Assembly: GCA_046583095.1 (NCBI GenBank)
Contig: JAYGDB010000048.1
Location: forward strand, 18,865 to 82,864
Direction of reading: 5' to 3'
Source: Myxococcota bacterium
Lineage (GTDB): Bacteria; Myxococcota_A; UBA9160; UBA4427
DNA: 64,000 bases
Made by a program: the position numbers and the translations under genes
The notes under the pieces: generated by a model
Database searches by the model: none
Told to the model about the DNA's origin: nothing
Seen by the model: only the letters and a program-made list of their open reading frames with translations
Shown here: in pieces, positions 61,666 through 64,000 of the stretch
How the letters are laid out: each line of letters begins with the position of its first letter
Numbering within the stretch: the first letter of the stretch is position 1

Positions 61666-63249
61666 ATGGCGACCTACCTGAAGTTCCACCAGCTCGAGCG
61701 TTCGCCCTTCGAGGGACGAGGCGACGATCCATTCGTTCTCGCCACCGCCTCGCTGCGTCGTGCCTACGCAGAAATCAGGTCCGGTATGGAGGACGACTCG
61801 CCGCGGATCTGCCTGAGCGGCGGCTCGGGGATCGGAAAGTCGAGCTTCGCGCGCGCGCTCCCGAAGCTCTTCGAGAGCGACGCGCGCTGCGCGCTCGTTC
61901 TCGATCCCACCATTGAGTGGAACCCCCTCGAGGCCTCGATCGCCGGCCAGCTCCAGCTCGACGGGGAACAACTCTCGCGGGCGTCACTGATGGCGAGCCG
62001 ACACGACGATCGACGGATCCTGTTCGTGATCGATCGGGCGGAAGACCTCTCGACCGAGTCGCTCGAGCATCTCGACCGCGTACTCGGCTACCAGGACGAT
62101 GCGGGGAAACAACTCGTCCAGTGCATCCTGCTCGCGAACCTCGAGGACGCCCCACAAGGCCGGGAGATTCCACTTCTCTGGTGGCTCGACCAGCTCGCGA
62201 CCCTGCAGCTCCGGTTCTCGCCGATCCCGGAGAACGGCCTCCGCAGCTACATCGACAAGCACCTCGAGAAAGCCGGCTTCCGGGGCGCGTCGATCTTCGA
62301 CGACGAGGCGGTGACAGCCATCTACCATTACACCGGGGGCGTCCCGGGTGCCGTCGGCAGCCTGTGCGAAAAGCTCCTCTCGCGGGCTGCCGAACAGAGA
62401 AACACCGACATCGACGCGCGTCTCGTCGCCCGTGTCTGCGGCGACGAGCGAGCCGCGAAGAGCAATGCCAGGCCGGACGTCGCCAGAACCGGACTCCGCG
62501 CGATCCCGGTCGATGCGCCGGACGCCTTCGCGGAAACGGAGCCCGAGCTGAAGATCCAACAGGGCCTCGTCCACATGGACGAGCCCCAGGCTCGGCGGGT
62601 CTCATCCGCTCTCGACGGCTCCGGGATGGACGGCGGGTTCTCTTCGTTTCGGCCGTCGCGCCTGCGACCCTCGCCCCGACGGCGGCTGCACCAACGCGTC
62701 TTGCGGCGAACTCCCAAGAGCCGGCGCAGCAACGCACGCGGCGTTCGCAATCTGATCGGCATCGCGCTGCTCGCGTGCATCGCGATGCTGACCCACCTGC
62801 TCTTCTTCGCCGCGGAGCCGGTGGTCTCCCGGCTGACGCAGCCGATCCCGCCGACGACGGCGCACCTGCGGGTCGATCCGCCGAAGACCGCGATCGACGA
62901 AGCGACGGCCGTTTCCGAGCCGGCGACAGAGCCCCAGCCCGCGGCGCTCGAGATCGCGATGGAAGAACCCCAGCCGGAGACGATCCTCGAGCTCGAGGAA
63001 CCTGCCGGGCTGACCTCCGACCTGCGACTCGACCCGTCGAGCACCAACGCCGCTGCCCTCGCCGAGAGTTCGAGCCCCATCCCGGAGCTACTGGAAGCGA
63101 TCGAGGAAGCCGACATCCCCTCGGCCAGCGAGATCTCCCAGCTAGCCGACGCAGCTGACGAAGAGCCGGCCGCGTTCGAGCCCTGGGCCGAGCAGGCGCC
63201 CGAACCCGCCTCGTTGGCGGCTCCCGCCGCACCCGCTCCGCTTCCGTAG
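61666..63249 (+). CDS. ExeA-like AAA ATPase with C-terminal TM segment and acidic Pro/Ala-rich tail
   Basis: YLKFHQLERSPFEGRGDDPFVLATASLRRAY.., Walker A GGSGIGKSS, Walker B ILFVIDRAED, then NLIGIALLACIAMLTHLLFF. Confidence 0.7.
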   Translation: MATYLKFHQLERSPFEGRGDDPFVLATASLRRAYAEIRSGMEDDSPRICLSGGSGIGKSSFARALPKLFESDARCALVLDPTIEWNPLEASIAGQLQLDGEQLSRASLMASRHDDRRILFVIDRAEDLSTESLEHLDRVLGYQDDAGKQLVQCILLANLEDAPQGREIPLLWWLDQLATLQLRFSPIPENGLRSYIDKHLEKAGFRGASIFDDEAVTAIYHYTGGVPGAVGSLCEKLLSRAAEQRNTDIDARLVARVCGDERAAKSNARPDVARTGLRAIPVDAPDAFAETEPELKIQQGLVHMDEPQARRVSSALDGSGMDGGFSSFRPSRLRPSPRRRLHQRVLRRTPKSRRSNARGVRNLIGIALLACIAMLTHLLFFAAEPVVSRLTQPIPPTTAHLRVDPPKTAIDEATAVSEPATEPQPAALEIAMEEPQPETILELEEPAGLTSDLRLDPSSTNAAALAESSSPIPELLEAIEEADIPSASEISQLADAADEEPAAFEPWAEQAPEPASLAAPAAPAPLP

Positions 63250-63275
63250 CCCCTCGCGCTGCGGCTGCTCGCTAG

Positions 63276-64000
63276 CTAGCGCAACGACTCTGCGTGCTCG
63301 CGCTGGCGGGCGATCAGCTTCTCGGGCCAGTTCAGGGTCATGCCGTTGGCGCCGACCGCGATCGCGTGCTCCATGTCGTCCAGGTTCTTGATGCTCCAGG
63401 CGCGGATCCAGAGACCGTGTCTGCGCGCATGCCCGACCTGCTCGCGGGTGAGTTCGCGCGAGGCGACGCCCACCTCGCTGAGTCCCGCCTCGACGGCTCG
63501 ATCGATCCAATCGTCGATGCTGCCCTCTCGCTGGCGCGCACGAGCGATGAGCAGGCAGGTCGGAAGTTCAGACGCCAGCGCACGGACCCGCTCGAGCTGA
63601 TCGAAGTGGAAGGACGTGAGGAGCACGCGGTCGCTCAGCGCGAAGCGATCGATCACGTCGAGCGTCCGCGCCGGCAGGTCCGGCTCGGCGTCCTTCAGCT
63701 CGACGTGGTAGAAGAGCTCGCGGCCCATCTCGCCGAAGAGCGCCGACAGCAGGTCGAGCCTCGTCCCGATGAAGTCCTGCTCCACCTCGGGGTGCTCGCG
63801 ATCGAACCAGCTGCCGATGTCGACATCGGCGAGTTCGGCGGCGGTGTACTCCCGGATGCGCCCGGTGTGGGCCGTCTTCTTGTCGAGCGTCGCGTCGTGA
63901 TACAGGATCACCTGATCGTCAGCGGTCAACTGCACGTCGAGTTCCACCTCGACGGCCCCCAGCTCGCGAGCAAGACGAAATGCCGGGAGCGTGTTCTCCG
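63276..64000 (-). CDS. glycerophosphodiester phosphodiesterase, 5' end beyond window
   Basis: The frame is open to the window edge: ENTLPAFRLARELGAVEVELDVQLTADDQVILYHD. Track start 63947 is an internal GTG. Confidence 0.85.
   Translation of the reverse strand, partial: ENTLPAFRLARELGAVEVELDVQLTADDQVILYHDATLDKKTAHTGRIREYTAAELADVDIGSWFDREHPEVEQDFIGTRLDLLSALFGEMGRELFYHVELKDAEPDLPARTLDVIDRFALSDRVLLTSFHFDQLERVRALASELPTCLLIARARQREGSIDDWIDRAVEAGLSEVGVASRELTREQVGHARRHGLWIRAWSIKNLDDMEHAIAVGANGMTLNWPEKLIARQREHAESLR

Overview
High-GC (by eye about 65-70%) chromosomal segment from a diderm bacterium: it carries outer-membrane barrels, an RND pump, a LolA-like protein and a PEP-CTERM tail. It is densely coding, with about 58 CDS, and I saw no rRNA, tRNA, CRISPR array, transposase or integrase. 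Most genes are housekeeping or catabolic. These include two tandem acyl-CoA dehydrogenase pairs, a BKACE enzyme, an orphan E2 acyltransferase, glpD, a sigma54-driven amtB-glnK, DNA polymerase II, an amidase, apaG, esterases and a TetR-MFP-RND operon. Six items deserve a second look. (1) A four-gene minus-strand operon (porin, FMN-binding protein, His-bearing 4-TM protein, ApbE flavin transferase) sits behind an AT-rich control island and may be an envelope redox module. (2) selD is a selenoprotein: an in-frame TGA at 39316-39318 truncates it in the ORF track. (3) The selD leader contains a near-consensus sigma70 promoter followed directly by an intrinsic terminator. (4) An STT3-family oligosaccharyltransferase homologue with a degenerate WWDYG motif (PWGYG) is paired with a small OM barrel and a second GT-C enzyme. 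(5) A rhomboid protease lies next to a cyclophilin that has a 14-Cys insertion and a PEP-CTERM tail. (6) Two paralogous di-iron ferritin-like proteins are present, one translationally coupled to a methyltransferase. All family calls come from motif recognition by eye; no database search was run. Start codons are often uncertain by a few codons.
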